Of a stretch of DNA of 64,000 bases, positions 63,144-64,000 are shown in pieces (within the stretch, counting starts at the first letter, position 1; each line of letters opens with the position of its first letter). The stretch is from Mycoplasmatales bacterium (GTDB lineage Bacteria > Bacillota_I > Bacilli_A > Mycoplasmatales > JABABV01). Under the pieces are notes generated by a model that was not told where the DNA came from, did not search any database, and saw only the letters and a list, made by a program, of their open reading frames with translations. The translations under genes and the position numbers were made by a program. The stretch covers positions 69,368 to 133,367 of the forward strand of contig JABABV010000001.1 in the NCBI GenBank assembly GCA_014238055.1. The letters are read 5' to 3'.

Positions 63144-63646
63144 TACTGATCACTACCACTGTTTCAATCATCAATAATAATTTTTTTATTTTTGATATCA
63201 ACTTTTTTAACAAACTCTGGTCGATTAGGAAAATTAAATTTTCCGTTAGGACCGCTTATGAATCAAATATCATAAACTGAGGTTTCACTAAAATCAGTTA
63301 AAATACCTAAATAATTATCGTTAAGATCGAAAACTTCACAATTAATTAAATCATCGTAATAATATTGATTAGGCGCTAAAGTTGCTCTGCCTTCAGAAAA
63401 TATATCTTGACCTTTTAAATAAAGAACATCATTGATATTATTGAAATTATCAATTGTTAGTAATACAAAATGTTTATGTAATCTAAACGTTCTTATTTTA
63501 TGTTCGATCAAAGTATCATTTTCTTTTGTAAAAATTAATTTATTAACAGCAAATCTTTCTTGAACAAAATCAGTTGAGGCAATTATTTTTAACTCTCCAC
63601 GAATACCGTGAGTGTTAACAATCTTACCTATTTGTTGATATTCCAA
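63143..63646 (-). CDS. rimM: Ribosome maturation factor RimM
   Basis: IGKIVNTHGIRGELK, YYYDDLINC; TTG start. Confidence 0.92.
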
Positions 63647-63648
63647 AA

Positions 63649-63933
63649 TTATTTCTTAGCTGCTTTTTTAGTTGTTTTGTTTTTTGAATCGTGAAAGATT
63701 TTTAAAATTCCTTCTTGTGACATTAAATTTTTAACTGTATCTGTAGCAATAGCTCCATCATTTAATCATTTAAGTGCTTTTTCTTGGTTAATTTTAACTT
63801 CTTTTATATGAGGGTTATATGTTCCAAATTCTTCGATGAAACGACCATCACGAGGCGCACGAGCATCAGCTGCAACAATTCTGTAAACAGGATAATGCTT
63901 TTTACCAACTCTTTTTAAACGTAGTTTTACCAT
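63649..63933 (-). CDS. rpsP: 30S ribosomal protein S16
   Basis: [12 protein letters not shown]...[18 protein letters not shown]...GTYNP; AGGAGG SD. Confidence 0.96.
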
Positions 63934-64000
63934 TAAAATTCCTCCTTTTATTAAAAATATTAAAGTTTTTTACGAATTTAATTATACATGATTTTAGGTA

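Overview
AT-rich housekeeping chromosome segment from a Mollicute that uses genetic code 4 (TGA=Trp). The supplied ORF track stops at TGA and splits most genes, so I re-joined them by reading through TGA in frame and give manually checked start and stop coordinates. Gene order is Bacillus-like and mostly on the minus strand: lepA, fmt, holA-comEC-comEA, pyk-pfkA, eno, pgk, polC-rseP-dxr-cdsA-uppS-frr-pyrH-tsf-rpsB, ylxM, ftsY-smc-rnc-plsX-fakA, rpmB, nadK-spx, trpS, rsmD-gmk-PP2C-STK-rsgA-rpe, rnj, def-trmL and rplS-trmD-rimM-rpsP. I saw no rRNA, tRNA, CRISPR array, IS element or prophage. The most notable items are: three Trp-rich lipoproteins sharing a repeated W-x2-F...Y-x-[IVL]-x2-W module, nearly invisible in the ORF track; a bifunctional glutathione synthetase gene (gshF/gshAB) between ftsY and ylxM; a hairpin that could both terminate pyk and hide the comEA ribosome-binding site; a Cas4-like Fe-S nuclease/exonuclease preceded by a small BECR-like protein; RpsB with a Rho-N-like tail; Spx with a Cys4 tail; and undecaprenyl-phosphate cycle genes in a presumably wall-less cell. 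All family assignments come from motifs recognised by eye, not database searches.
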